A stretch of 52,523 nt of DNA, from assembly GCA_028685975.1 (NCBI GenBank), contig JAQUCY010000001.1, positions 1 through 52,523 on the forward strand, in the 5' to 3' direction. Each line of letters opens with the position of its first letter. The stretch's first letter is position 1. Position numbers and translations under genes: made by a program. The stretch is from Acholeplasmataceae bacterium. GTDB taxonomy: Bacteria > Bacillota_I > Bacilli_A > Acholeplasmatales > UBA5453. Under the pieces are notes generated by a model. It was not told the DNA's origin and searched no databases. It saw only the letters and a list, made by a program, of their open reading frames with translations. Shown one piece after another: positions 8,373-18,376 of the stretch.

Positions 8373-8995
8373 GGTTTATTATCATATTTACAAATGTCAT
8401 AAAGTTTACAAGTTAAACACTTTGGATCTCTACTAGTACAGTGATACCTACCAAAGAAAATCAACTGATGGTGTAACTTAGTCCAGCGTTCTTTGGGAAA
8501 AACTTGATAAAGTTTCATTTCTGTTTTATAAACATCATCAGTTTTCTTGGCGAGACCGAGTCTAATTGATACACGATGTACATGTGTATCTACTGCAATC
8601 GCTGGTGTATCAAATAAATTAGATAGGATTACATTCGCTGTCTTTCTGCCTACGCCAGCCAGAGATTCTAAATCTTCTCTTTTTGATGGTATAATTCCAT
8701 CAAAATGATCAACGACTTGATTGGCCATTTTTATGATGTTTTTTGCTTTATTCTTATATAGTCCAATTGAATTAATTAATACTTCTACATCTTCATGTTC
8801 AGCCTTAGAAAGTTCATAAACAGTTGGGTATTTTTTAAAGAGATTGGGTGTTACTTTGTTGACTTGAATGTCAGTTGTTTGAGCGGATAAAATAACGGCA
8901 ACTAATAATTCATAATGATTTGAATAGTTAAGTTCAGCTTTTGCATTAGGAAACATTTCATCTAAAACATTTAATATCAAAGTTATTTTATCCAT
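8360..8995 (-). CDS. nth: Endonuclease III (DNA glycosylase/AP lyase)
   Basis: HhH-GPD motif LAGVGRKTANV and C-terminal 4Fe-4S cluster CTSRDPKCLTCKLYDIC. Synteny with dnaD as in B. subtilis. Confidence 0.95.
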   Translation of the reverse strand: MDKITLILNVLDEMFPNAKAELNYSNHYELLVAVILSAQTTDIQVNKVTPNLFKKYPTVYELSKAEHEDVEVLINSIGLYKNKAKNIIKMANQVVDHFDGIIPSKREDLESLAGVGRKTANVILSNLFDTPAIAVDTHVHRVSIRLGLAKKTDDVYKTEMKLYQVFPKERWTKLHHQLIFFGRYHCTSRDPKCLTCKLYDICKYDNKPKKV

Positions 8996-9612
8996 TATTT
9001 CCCAATTAACCTTCTTATGGCTTGTGCAGTTTTTTCATCTATTGAAGAGGGTTCTAAAAATGATTCACTTCTTAATATTTTATCCACATAATTAACGTTC
9101 TTTTTATGATGTTTAATCGCAAGTTCAATTGCTTCATCAACTTGTTCTAGTGTGAAACCTTCTATTGGCCACTGTCTAATCACATCCAAATTGGTAGGGG
9201 TTAGTGCTTTATTAAATTTAGTTTCTAACTTTTCTACTAGTTTTTCTAACTCAGACATTTGTTTAAGTTCGCTTTGTTTTTTGATTTCAGTCGTAAAATA
9301 AGTTGATATTTTATCAAAAAATGGTTTTAAACTAAACACTTCACCGACTTTATCGTCGCTTTTTTTCTCTAAGTTAATACAAATCAAATCTTTTTCAAAC
9401 AAACTATTAACTATTTCACCCACATGATTTCCCTTAAAACCAGTTAGTCTTGCAAGTGAATTGGTTGATAAGTTAAATCTTTTCTTTTCAGCTAAATTAA
9501 AAAGATGTGTTAAAATAACCATCTCATCTGAGGTAAGATCGAAACGTTGGGCATTTCTAAAAATTAATTTTTGATAGTCTAAATATCCTTCTTCAAATAA
9601 TTTTTCTATCAT
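8995..9612 (-). CDS. dnaD: DnaD-domain replication initiation/primosome protein
   Basis: 205 aa with a winged-helix N-terminus and a DnaD-like C-terminal domain (QVDEAIELAIKHHKKNVNYVDKIL). It sits immediately upstream of nth with a TAATG overlap. Confidence 0.7.
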   Translation of the reverse strand: MIEKLFEEGYLDYQKLIFRNAQRFDLTSDEMVILTHLFNLAEKKRFNLSTNSLARLTGFKGNHVGEIVNSLFEKDLICINLEKKSDDKVGEVFSLKPFFDKISTYFTTEIKKQSELKQMSELEKLVEKLETKFNKALTPTNLDVIRQWPIEGFTLEQVDEAIELAIKHHKKNVNYVDKILRSESFLEPSSIDEKTAQAIRRLIGK

Positions 9613-9614
9613 AA

Positions 9615-10286
9615 TTACTCCTTTGCCAATTTACTCAAGGCATATTCTGCTGCTTTTTGTTCTGCCTCTTTTTTTGTTTTCGCTGTTCCAATACCTAAAA
9701 TAATATCATCCATTTTAACACTTACTGTAAACAATTTGTCATGTGATGGACCTTCTTGATGTTCTAGATGATATGTTATATTTTTTCTATCAGTTTGAAC
9801 ATATTCTTGTAAAGTCGACTTAAAATCTTTTATTTCTTTAATTTCATGTAAGTTAGGAATTACTATTTTTTTAAATAAAGTTCTCGTTGCTTCAAACCCT
9901 GAATCTAAAAAGATTGCTCCAAAAATTGCTTCAAAAGCATCCGCAATTATCGCTGGATTTTCTCTTGAGCCAAGTTGTTCTGAACCTTTACCTAACTTTA
10001 AATAGCTAGATAAATTGAAATTAGCAGCATAAAGGGCTAAAGCTTCTTCACAAACCGCTTGAGCTCTTTTCTTACTCATTTCACCTTCAGTTTTAATCCC
10101 TTTATTGTATAGATGTTCCGCCATCAATAAACCAATCACAGCGTCACCTAAAAATTCAAGCCTTTCATTATCTATGCTCGATTCATTTTCATTCGCATAA
10201 CTTGAATGGGTTAAAGCTTGATTCAGTAAGTTAATGTTTTTAAACTTAATGCCTAAAATTTGTTCTAAGTCTTTAATTGGACTCAC
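9615..10286 (-). CDS. rnc: Ribonuclease III
   Basis: Signature ERLEFLGDAV and a C-terminal dsRBD (GPSHDKLFTVSV...GTAKTKKEAEQKAA). Confidence 0.95.
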   Translation of the reverse strand: MSPIKDLEQILGIKFKNINLLNQALTHSSYANENESSIDNERLEFLGDAVIGLLMAEHLYNKGIKTEGEMSKKRAQAVCEEALALYAANFNLSSYLKLGKGSEQLGSRENPAIIADAFEAIFGAIFLDSGFEATRTLFKKIVIPNLHEIKEIKDFKSTLQEYVQTDRKNITYHLEHQEGPSHDKLFTVSVKMDDIILGIGTAKTKKEAEQKAAEYALSKLAKE

Positions 10287-11286
10287 CTTCTATATTAAAA
10301 TCTTTAATTTTATCTTTTACTTTATTTATAATATCTGCTTGAACAAAAGTTCTTGCTTGCCTAATTGCATTTAAAATTGCTTTTTCGTCACTTGATCCGT
10401 GGGCTTTAATAACTGGTGCATTTATTCCGAAAATCATCGCTCCACCGATTTCACTAGCATCTAATCGCTTACCAAATCGTTTTAGGTTCTTTCTCATAAA
10501 TAAATACCCAATCTTACCACCAATTGATGACTTGATTTCTTCTTTCAACATAGCCCCCATACCTTTGGCTGTTCCTTCTAAAGTCTTCAAGATCATATTG
10601 CCAGTAAATCCATCAGTAATCAAAATATCACTATCAGTTGTGAATAATTCTTTTGGTTCAATATTCCCAACAAAATTAACATCCTTAGATTCACTTAATA
10701 AATTAAATGTCTCTTTGTCTACTTCTCTACCTTTTCCAGCTTCAGTTCCAATATTTAATAAACCTACTTTCGGGCTTTTTCTATTTAAATAACTTTCTGC
10801 CACGACACTGGCATAAATAGCTAATTCTAATAAGTGTTCTGATCTTAATTCAACATTAGCTCCAACATCTAATAAAATCTTACCTTTTCGATCTAATGAA
10901 GGCACAATAGGTGCTATCGCAACTCTATGCATACCTTCCATTCTTTTAATTATTAGGTGCACTGCAATCACCACAGCTTGAGTAGGTCCAGCTGAAACAA
11001 TGGCATCACTAAAACCCTCTTTAACGTGTTTGGTTGCCATCACGAGTGAAGCATCTTTTTGAGTTCTAATTGCTTTAATCGGGTCTGACTCGCCCATAGA
11101 AATAACGGATCCAGAGTGTACAACCTTAATCCTTTCTGAATTCGTTAAATATTGTTTAATTTCTGTTTCATCACCAAAAATAGTTATTTCAATATCTTTA
11201 AAAGTTTCAACTGCTTTCATGGCGCCTAGCACATTTACTTTCGCGCCAATATCGCCACCCATTCCATCTAGTGCTATTCTTATCAT
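10273..11286 (-). CDS. plsX: Phosphate acyltransferase PlsX
   Basis: Motifs MIRIALDGMGGD, ISAGPT and KAHGSSD. 337 aa. Confidence 0.95.
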   Translation of the reverse strand: MIRIALDGMGGDIGAKVNVLGAMKAVETFKDIEITIFGDETEIKQYLTNSERIKVVHSGSVISMGESDPIKAIRTQKDASLVMATKHVKEGFSDAIVSAGPTQAVVIAVHLIIKRMEGMHRVAIAPIVPSLDRKGKILLDVGANVELRSEHLLELAIYASVVAESYLNRKSPKVGLLNIGTEAGKGREVDKETFNLLSESKDVNFVGNIEPKELFTTDSDILITDGFTGNMILKTLEGTAKGMGAMLKEEIKSSIGGKIGYLFMRKNLKRFGKRLDASEIGGAMIFGINAPVIKAHGSSDEKAILNAIRQARTFVQADIINKVKDKIKDFNIEGESN

Positions 11287-11311
11287 AAATTGTCTCCTTT
11301 TAAGTTTAATA

Positions 11312-11320
11312 ATTATATCA
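11312..11320 (-). promoter_or_regulatory. Extended -10 promoter candidate for plsX-rnc-dnaD-nth
   Basis: The minus strand reads TGATATAAT, with SD AAAGGAGA downstream. Confidence 0.35.
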
Positions 11321-11365
11321 TAATTTTAAATCCGTTTATAGATTGCGTGAGATTTAATACATTAA

Positions 11366-13276
11366 TCAAACTTGTTTAGTTTTTAACAACCATAATGCAT
11401 CCTCTTTAGCCGTCATAAAAATATTAAAGTCAGTCCCTAAATCAGCATATTCGAAATCAATAATCCCACTTTGTTTGACCCCTAAGAATTCTCCTGGTCC
11501 TCGGTTTTCTAAATCGTATTCTGACAAGGCAAATCCATCTAAATTACGCTCAAAAAGTTTTAACCGCTCAATATCACCTGCATCACTAATCACATAACAA
11601 TAACTTTGTTTGTCACTTCTTCCAACTCTACCTCTTAACTGATGTAATTGACTTAAGCCAAAATACTCTCCATCAAAAATAACCATCATAGTTGCCTTTT
11701 TAATATCTAAACCAACCTCAATCACTGATGTAGAAATTAAAATTGAACCTTCTGTAGCATTAAATTGTTCCATAATAGTTTGTTTTTCTTCTCCACTCAT
11801 TCTACCGTGAAGTGTAAAGATTGGGACGTTGAAATGTTTCTTAGTTAATAACTCTAAACTTTGAATACTTTCACCTCGAAGTTCAGATTCAATGGATGGT
11901 GCAACAAAATAGACTTGATTACCTAAATCTATTTCTTTTTGAACGTGTTTAAAAACACTTTCTGTTTGACTCTTAGTAAAATATTGAGTAATAATAGGTA
12001 ATCTTCCTATCGGCTTTTCTCTGATATTTGAAATTTCCATATCACCAAATAAAACAATTGCTAAAGTTCTTGGAATAGGGGTTGCCGTTAGGTAAACAAT
12101 GTCTGCATTTCCTTTTAATTCTAGTTGTTCTCTCGCCATTACTCCAAATCGATGTTGTTCGTCAATAACAATGAAACCTAAATTTTTAAAGATTGTATCA
12201 TCCGTAATCAACGCATGCGTTCCAATAACAAGATCTATTTCACCAGCAGCAATTTTAGTTTTAATTGCATCTTTATTCTTCGTTGAACCGGTTAATAAAA
12301 CAACACTTAAGTCCTTAAATGTTTCTTTAAAAAGATGGTAGTGTTGTTGAGCTAGAATTTCCGTAGGTGCCATAACTGCGCTTTGATAACCAGCAGTTTT
12401 AGCCCCTAATATCCCGATTCCAACAACTACAGTTTTACCAGATCCAACATCACCTTGTATTAAACGTTTGACTGGATACGTCTTTTTAAAATCTCTAAAA
12501 ATATCATTAACTGCCTCTTTTTGATCTTCAGTCAACTCATATGGAATCTTTGAAATAAACGCTTTAACTAAAGCTAAATCATAATTTTTTGGTTCTTTTT
12601 GAATTGCTTCAATATTTAATTTTTGTCGCATTACTTTTAATTGAAAACTTAAAGCTTCTTCATATTTCAATCTTGAATAAGCTCGCGCTAATTTTACCTC
12701 ATCTTTAGGAAAATGCAGATTATATATCATATCATATCTATCCTGTATTTTTCTTTTTTTCAAAATTGTTAAAGGAAGCGTTTCTTCAATACTTGCCAAA
12801 TGATTTGAAAGGATATTTTTAACTATTTTACTGACATAAGAATCATAAACATTTTCAATCCCATAAACCGGTTTAAAATCACTTTTTATTGGTTTTAGAT
12901 TAATTTGACTGGCGGTAATTCTTCTTGGTTTCTTCTCAAAACGCCCTCTTACTTGAATTTCCATATTTTCTTTTAATGAATATTTTAAGTACTCTCTACG
13001 ATAAGCAATAACAGAATAGGTTTCATGGTCAACCAATAATTTGAATTGTAAACTTCTTAATGAACCACGATGTTGAATCACTTTAGGAATACTGGCAACG
13101 ATACCAGTGGTTGTAACAATGGTTTTATCGACTGCCAACAACAAAGAACTCTCTTGAAAAGAGTCATATTTTTTAGGAAATCTAAGTAACATATCTTTAG
13201 TTGTAAAAATACCTGCTTGATTTAAATGTTGTAACGTTTGTGGTCCAACACCAGGAGCTTCTTTAATATCTATCAT
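11366..13276 (-). CDS. recG: ATP-dependent DNA helicase RecG
   Basis: Wedge/OB N-terminus, helicase motifs GDVGSGKT, DEQHRFG, TATPIPRT and QLHQLRGRVGR. Confidence 0.95.
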   Translation of the reverse strand: MIDIKEAPGVGPQTLQHLNQAGIFTTKDMLLRFPKKYDSFQESSLLLAVDKTIVTTTGIVASIPKVIQHRGSLRSLQFKLLVDHETYSVIAYRREYLKYSLKENMEIQVRGRFEKKPRRITASQINLKPIKSDFKPVYGIENVYDSYVSKIVKNILSNHLASIEETLPLTILKKRKIQDRYDMIYNLHFPKDEVKLARAYSRLKYEEALSFQLKVMRQKLNIEAIQKEPKNYDLALVKAFISKIPYELTEDQKEAVNDIFRDFKKTYPVKRLIQGDVGSGKTVVVGIGILGAKTAGYQSAVMAPTEILAQQHYHLFKETFKDLSVVLLTGSTKNKDAIKTKIAAGEIDLVIGTHALITDDTIFKNLGFIVIDEQHRFGVMAREQLELKGNADIVYLTATPIPRTLAIVLFGDMEISNIREKPIGRLPIITQYFTKSQTESVFKHVQKEIDLGNQVYFVAPSIESELRGESIQSLELLTKKHFNVPIFTLHGRMSGEEKQTIMEQFNATEGSILISTSVIEVGLDIKKATMMVIFDGEYFGLSQLHQLRGRVGRSDKQSYCYVISDAGDIERLKLFERNLDGFALSEYDLENRGPGEFLGVKQSGIIDFEYADLGTDFNIFMTAKEDALWLLKTKQV

Positions 13277-13282
13277 ACTATT

Positions 13283-13291
13283 ATTATAACA
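13283..13291 (-). promoter_or_regulatory. Extended -10 promoter placing the recG ATG at the predicted transcription start (leaderless candidate)
   Basis: The minus strand reads TGTTATAAT-AATAGT-ATG. Only 6 nt separate the -10 box from ATG 13276, and there is no SD-like purine tract. Confidence 0.4.
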
Positions 13292-13314
13292 AAAAAGGGA
13301 TAGTTTTATCCCTT
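13289..13314 (-). terminator. Terminator of the aro operon, with the aroC stop codon inside the stem
   Basis: The minus strand reads AAGGGATA-AAAC-TATCCCTT followed by TTTTTGTT. Confidence 0.6.
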
Positions 13315-14286
13315 AATGTTAGATTCTTTATAAAGGTCACATAGACCAATCGCAACCACATTTTCTAAAACAACCATAGCTCTTTTTGCAATAAATGAAT
13401 CATGTCTTCCTTCAATTACTAAAGTATCTGATTTACCTGTTTTAAAATTGAAGGTTGCTTGGGGTTTCCCGATTGAGGCAGCGGGTCTTTCAAATACTTT
13501 GATAACTAAATCATTACCATTCGTTATACCACCATTAATACCACCAGAATGATTAGTACTAGTATGTCCAAATTCATCTATAATCGGGTCGTTAAATTCA
13601 CTACCTAACATATTAACGCCTTCAAATCCTACCCCAAAACTAACGCCTTTAACCCCAGGAACACTAAATAATAATTGTGATAATTTTGATTCCACTGATT
13701 CAAAGAAAGGTTCACCTAAACCCTTAGGTGGGGTTTTTACTGTTATTTCAATAATGCCACCGACTGAATCTTTTTGTTCGGCAATGGTAGAAACATATTC
13801 ATCTAACCTACTCATATCTTTAAGTGTGCCAACTTGAATAAACTTAGATGATATTTCTAAAGGAACCATCATTTTCGCAAAGCTTCCCGCTATTACTAAT
13901 CCAACCGTTAATCTGCCAGAAAAATGACCTGATCCAGGTAAACTAATTCCGTATTTTACGGTAGAAGTAAAATCAGCATGTGATGGTCTTGGGGTATCTT
14001 GAAACTGGTTATAATCTCCACTTTTAATATTCTTGTTTAAAAATCTAATAAGAATCGGTGACCCTGTTGTAATATCATTAAAAACCCCTGACTCTATCAT
14101 AAATTCATCGGTTTCTTTTCTTGGTGTAGAACCTTTATAATTGGGCTTTCTCCTCTCTAAATCTTCATAAATTAAATCGTAATCTACCTTGATACCCGGT
14201 TTCATTCCATCTATAAGAATTCCCACAGAATTTCCATGAGATTCACCGAAAATAGATACTCTAAATAATTTCCCGAAACTGTTCAT
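13306..14286 (-). CDS. aroC: Chorismate synthase (short form, 326 aa)
   Basis: N-terminus FRVSIFGESHGNSVGILIDG and the GRHD motif near the C-terminus. Confidence 0.92.
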   Translation of the reverse strand: MNSFGKLFRVSIFGESHGNSVGILIDGMKPGIKVDYDLIYEDLERRKPNYKGSTPRKETDEFMIESGVFNDITTGSPILIRFLNKNIKSGDYNQFQDTPRPSHADFTSTVKYGISLPGSGHFSGRLTVGLVIAGSFAKMMVPLEISSKFIQVGTLKDMSRLDEYVSTIAEQKDSVGGIIEITVKTPPKGLGEPFFESVESKLSQLLFSVPGVKGVSFGVGFEGVNMLGSEFNDPIIDEFGHTSTNHSGGINGGITNGNDLVIKVFERPAASIGKPQATFNFKTGKSDTLVIEGRHDSFIAKRAMVVLENVVAIGLCDLYKESNIKG

Positions 14287-15059
14287 TTTAACACCTCTTT
14301 AATGGATTCTATTGTTACAAAGTCCTCTTTCAAAGTTTTCTTCTGCCAAATTGATTCTGAGGCGATTCCTTGATAAATTAATAAATCAATTCCGTTAATA
14401 GACCTTGTTCCGTATTCCATTAATATTGTTTTTCTTGGATTATATATTAAATCAATGACTAGTTCAATAACTTGATTTTTTGGTTCATAAGGGGTTCCAT
14501 AATTTGGATAACTTCCCACTGGTGTGCAATTGACTAAAATATCAATATGATTAATCTTAGCTAATGCTTCATAAGTGATCATCTTGCCAAAATAACTAGA
14601 TAACCCACCTTTTCTTGATACGACCACAGGAATAGCTCCATATTTCTTAAAAGCGTAATAGACCATCCTACTAGAACCACCAGACCCTAAAATATAAACA
14701 ACTTTTCCCTTATAATTAAGATTTAAGTTATCTAACATTCTAGAAAATCCAATTAAATCAGTATTATTTCCAAGTACTTGTCCATTTTTGTAAGATAGTG
14801 TGTTAACAGATCCTATTTCTTTAGCGTTTTCACTTAACACATCAACATAACTCAAAATGATTTCTTTATAAGGTACTGTTACATTAAATCCGTCATATTT
14901 ACCTTTTCTTAAATCATTGATTAATGCCTCAATCTCATCTTCTTCAACGTCAAAATGCTCATAAGTTAGTTTTAAACCATTATGATGTGCAATTTCTTGA
15001 TGTAATTGATTAGAAATAGAATGCGATATATTTTTACCAATTAAACCAAAATGCTTCAT
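14283..15059 (-). CDS. aroE: Shikimate 5-dehydrogenase
   Basis: Motifs SHSISNQLH, NVTVPYK, NTD and GSGGSSR. ATGA overlaps at both ends. Confidence 0.9.
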   Translation of the reverse strand: MKHFGLIGKNISHSISNQLHQEIAHHNGLKLTYEHFDVEEDEIEALINDLRKGKYDGFNVTVPYKEIILSYVDVLSENAKEIGSVNTLSYKNGQVLGNNTDLIGFSRMLDNLNLNYKGKVVYILGSGGSSRMVYYAFKKYGAIPVVVSRKGGLSSYFGKMITYEALAKINHIDILVNCTPVGSYPNYGTPYEPKNQVIELVIDLIYNPRKTILMEYGTRSINGIDLLIYQGIASESIWQKKTLKEDFVTIESIKEVLK

Positions 15060-15310
15060 TGTTTTTGAAAATCCTTTGAAGTTTCAATAATGGTTTTATA
15101 GATCTTCAAAAAGTAATCTTTATAGGCTTGATCTATGAATGCTAAATTTTGTTTGATGATAGCTTCTTCACGGTCTTTGTGTTCTATTTGAGATAGTGTT
15201 GTTTTTTTTATTTCTTTTATATTTTGAACGACTTTAAAGCGTTCATTTATTAACTTCGCAATTGATTCATCTATTTGATCAATTTTTTTTCTTTCACTCA
15301 TCAAATTCAT
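15056..15310 (-). CDS. Chorismate mutase, AroQ (type II) class, 84 aa
   Basis: Contains ERKKIDQIDESIAKLINERFKVVQNIKEIK, a helical CM_2 pattern. SD GGGAGGA lies 7 nt upstream of ATG 15310. Confidence 0.8.
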   Translation of the reverse strand: MNLMSERKKIDQIDESIAKLINERFKVVQNIKEIKKTTLSQIEHKDREEAIIKQNLAFIDQAYKDYFLKIYKTIIETSKDFQKQ

Positions 15311-16553
15311 CTAGCTGTCCTCCCAGTTGTCTAAAATCTTCAAAGAATGTTGGGTAACTCTTCTTTATGGCTTCAACCCCGTCAATGGTTACACCACCAT
15401 CAATAAACGATCCTAAAATAGTCAAACTCATGACAATTCTATGGTCATTAAATCCATTTACCATAACCCCACCTTTGAGTTTAGTAGGTTTAAAATCAAT
15501 TTGGTTTGGTTTTAACTCATAAGATGCCCCAACTAAACCCAAGTTTTCACACATTGCTTTAACTCTATCTGATTCTTTGTATCTTAAACGTTTAATCCCT
15601 TTAATTGTTATAGGTACGCTTGATAGTGCTGCTAAAGTAAATAATATTGGACCTAAATCTGGTGTATCTGAAATATCTAAAGTAATAGGTTTTTGAGATG
15701 CTTTTGAAAGTTTTAAAATACCATCTTTTTCAACTATTTCTGACCCGAAACTGACTAAAAAATCTAAAATTTTCTTATCTCCTTGAATTGAATCTCTATT
15801 TAACCCAATAAATTCAATATTACTACCTAGTGCATTCGCAACCAAAAAGAACGCTGCTTGAGAAAAATCATTTTCAACTTTATAAACCGTTGGTAAATAA
15901 GTTTGATTTCCAGGTATGCTAATAACGTTATTTTTTATTGTGATATCAATGTTAAATGACTTCAATACTTTAATAGTCATTTCAACATAACTTTTTGATT
16001 CAAATTGTGATGTAACCACTATTTCACTATCTTCTTTTAATAGAGGCAACACAAACAAAATACCACTGATAAATTGACTAGAAACATCACCACTTATCCT
16101 ATATTCGCCTGGTAATAATGGACCTTTACAGTAAATGTGTTGATCTTTCTTATGAAAATATATTCCTTTTTGTTTAAACAAAGTATCATATATATTCATT
16201 GGTCTTCTGGCTAAAGAAGGGCTACAAACAAAATGCTCTTCTTCACCGGTAAGTAACGAAACTGGCACTAAGAATCTCAATGTTGAACCAGATTCATGGG
16301 CGTTTAATATTGTACCGGTACTCTTAATGTTACCTCCTATTACGGTTATATCATCTAGTCGTGTCTCAAAATCTATCCCTAAATTTCTCAAAATATCCAT
16401 AGTTTGAAGGGTATCTGTTGCGTACAAAGGGTTATGAATGGTCGATTGACCATTTGCTAAGCTTGCCGCAATCAAGGCACGATGCGTTAAACTTTTAGAG
16501 GTGATCGCCTCTAAACGTCCTTTTAATTTACCTTGTTTAATTTGATAAATCAT
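15294..16553 (-). CDS. aroA: 3-phosphoshikimate 1-carboxyvinyltransferase (EPSP synthase)
   Basis: Motifs SKSLTHRALI, SGSTLRF and DHRIVMS. The track start is a GTG at 16568. ATG 16553 has SD GAGGAGAG 5 nt upstream. Confidence 0.92.
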   Translation of the reverse strand: MIYQIKQGKLKGRLEAITSKSLTHRALIAASLANGQSTIHNPLYATDTLQTMDILRNLGIDFETRLDDITVIGGNIKSTGTILNAHESGSTLRFLVPVSLLTGEEEHFVCSPSLARRPMNIYDTLFKQKGIYFHKKDQHIYCKGPLLPGEYRISGDVSSQFISGILFVLPLLKEDSEIVVTSQFESKSYVEMTIKVLKSFNIDITIKNNVISIPGNQTYLPTVYKVENDFSQAAFFLVANALGSNIEFIGLNRDSIQGDKKILDFLVSFGSEIVEKDGILKLSKASQKPITLDISDTPDLGPILFTLAALSSVPITIKGIKRLRYKESDRVKAMCENLGLVGASYELKPNQIDFKPTKLKGGVMVNGFNDHRIVMSLTILGSFIDGGVTIDGVEAIKKSYPTFFEDFRQLGGQLDEFDE

Positions 16554-17583
16554 ACAAACTCTCCTCACTAATTGGACGAATTAATGGTTGTCCAACTTCC
16601 TTCAATAAAACAAAATAAATTTTACCATTTTTGTGTTTCTTATCAAACTTAATTTGTTCTATATAATCTGTTTTGTTTCCTTTAAATCTGGGTAAACCTA
16701 ATTTATCTGACAACTGATAATACTCAGTTAACAAGTTAGGGTTCGTTTCTTTCAATTTAATCCCCAATTGAAGGGCCAAGTCCATTCCCATAGCCACACA
16801 AAATCCATGTTTTATATTATATTGGTGTGCCTGTTCAATAGAATGACCGAAAGTATGTCCAAAATTTAAAAACATCCGTTCGTATGATTCAAAAGGATCT
16901 AATTCAACTATTTCTTTTTTGACGATAATTGCCTTATAGATCATCTCAATCACATCATATTGATCTTGTTTAAGTAATTCTAATAATGTGTGATCCCATA
17001 TTAATCCAGCTTTTAAAACTTCAGCTAATCCATTTATATATTCTACCTTTGGTAAAGTTTTTAAAAAGTATGTATCTGTAATCACCAAAATGGGTTGTTT
17101 AAATACCCCAACGAGGTTTTTACCATAAGCAGTATCAATTCCCGTTTTTCCTCCAATACTTGAATCAACCATAGCTAACAGTGATGTTGGTATTTGAATG
17201 AAATCAACCCCTCTTAAAACCGTTGCACTCACAAACCCTGCTAAATCACCAACCACGCCTCCACCAAACGCAACGATTAAATCATTCCTAGAAATATGAT
17301 TTTGTAATAAAGTATTGATTACCGATTCATAAGATGTGAATGATTTGGAATGTTCAGATGGCTCTACTACCACAAATAAGAAGTTAAAATCCTTTAAATG
17401 ATTATTTATATAGTTTTGATAATAATGTAAGAGGTTTTTATCTGTAATAATAAAAAGCCTTCTAGAAATAAAAGGATTAAGTGTTTCTCTTAAATTAATA
17501 TTTTCACCTAACAAAATATCATATTTAAAATCTTTAATTTTAACCTTTATTTGTTTAATATAGATCCCTCTTCTTCCTTGCAT
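16537..17583 (-). CDS. aroB: 3-dehydroquinate synthase
   Basis: Motifs GGGVVGDLAGF, GKTGID and FGHTFGHSIE. The start is uncertain: it overlaps the tyrA end by 29 nt. Confidence 0.9.
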   Translation of the reverse strand: MQGRRGIYIKQIKVKIKDFKYDILLGENINLRETLNPFISRRLFIITDKNLLHYYQNYINNHLKDFNFLFVVVEPSEHSKSFTSYESVINTLLQNHISRNDLIVAFGGGVVGDLAGFVSATVLRGVDFIQIPTSLLAMVDSSIGGKTGIDTAYGKNLVGVFKQPILVITDTYFLKTLPKVEYINGLAEVLKAGLIWDHTLLELLKQDQYDVIEMIYKAIIVKKEIVELDPFESYERMFLNFGHTFGHSIEQAHQYNIKHGFCVAMGMDLALQLGIKLKETNPNLLTEYYQLSDKLGLPRFKGNKTDYIEQIKFDKKHKNGKIYFVLLKEVGQPLIRPISEESLYDLSN

Positions 17584-18376
17584 TAACTAACTTTGTTTTA
17601 AGAGTTTCAATATCATTATTTTTTAAAGCTTCATACAATTCATTAAAAGAAGATTGAAATCTCTCCATGTCATTTAATAAGAATTCTTTATTCTCATTAA
17701 ATAATTCTATCCATAAAACGTCATTAATAGAAGCAATTCTCGTTAAATCTCGATAAGAATCCCCTGAAAACAATCTTGTATCTTCATGTGAATCACTATT
17801 AACTAAACTAACCGCAAGCATATGTGGTAATTGAGATGTAAGCCCAATCATCTTATCATGTGTTTCGGCATCAATTACTTTGATAGCGCCAAATTCCAAA
17901 TCTTTAGCTAAATTTCTTAATGCTTCTTCTGCCACTTGATTGGCATGTTTATTAGAAATAATTAAAAAGTTAGCCCCTTTGAAAATAGTTTCATTTAAAC
18001 CATCAATTCCACTTTTCTCACTACCAGCCATTGGATGGTGAGACAGATAAGAAAATGACTTGGGTAAAAATGATTCAATTTCGCTTAACATTGGCAATTT
18101 TACACCAGCAATATCGGTAATTATTTGTTTTTCATTAAAACGATCTAAGTTTTCTTTCAAAAAGAGAACATTGTCCTTTGGATACAGTGTTAAAATCACC
18201 ATATCTACTTTAGATAGTTCATTTAAACTTGCACTTTTAATGATATTTAATGCTAGTGCCTTATTCACAGTCAGTTCATCTTGATCATACCCAAATACTT
18301 GATAACCCAAACTTGATAGTTTCTTGGCATAAGAAGAACCCATCATCCCAAGGCCAACAATGAAAAACCGTTTCAT
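17555..18376 (-). CDS. tyrA: Prephenate dehydrogenase
   Basis: Rossmann N-terminus IVGLGMMGSS and the HPMAG motif. Confidence 0.88.
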   Translation of the reverse strand: MKRFFIVGLGMMGSSYAKKLSSLGYQVFGYDQDELTVNKALALNIIKSASLNELSKVDMVILTLYPKDNVLFLKENLDRFNEKQIITDIAGVKLPMLSEIESFLPKSFSYLSHHPMAGSEKSGIDGLNETIFKGANFLIISNKHANQVAEEALRNLAKDLEFGAIKVIDAETHDKMIGLTSQLPHMLAVSLVNSDSHEDTRLFSGDSYRDLTRIASINDVLWIELFNENKEFLLNDMERFQSSFNELYEALKNNDIETLKTKLVNARKKRDLY

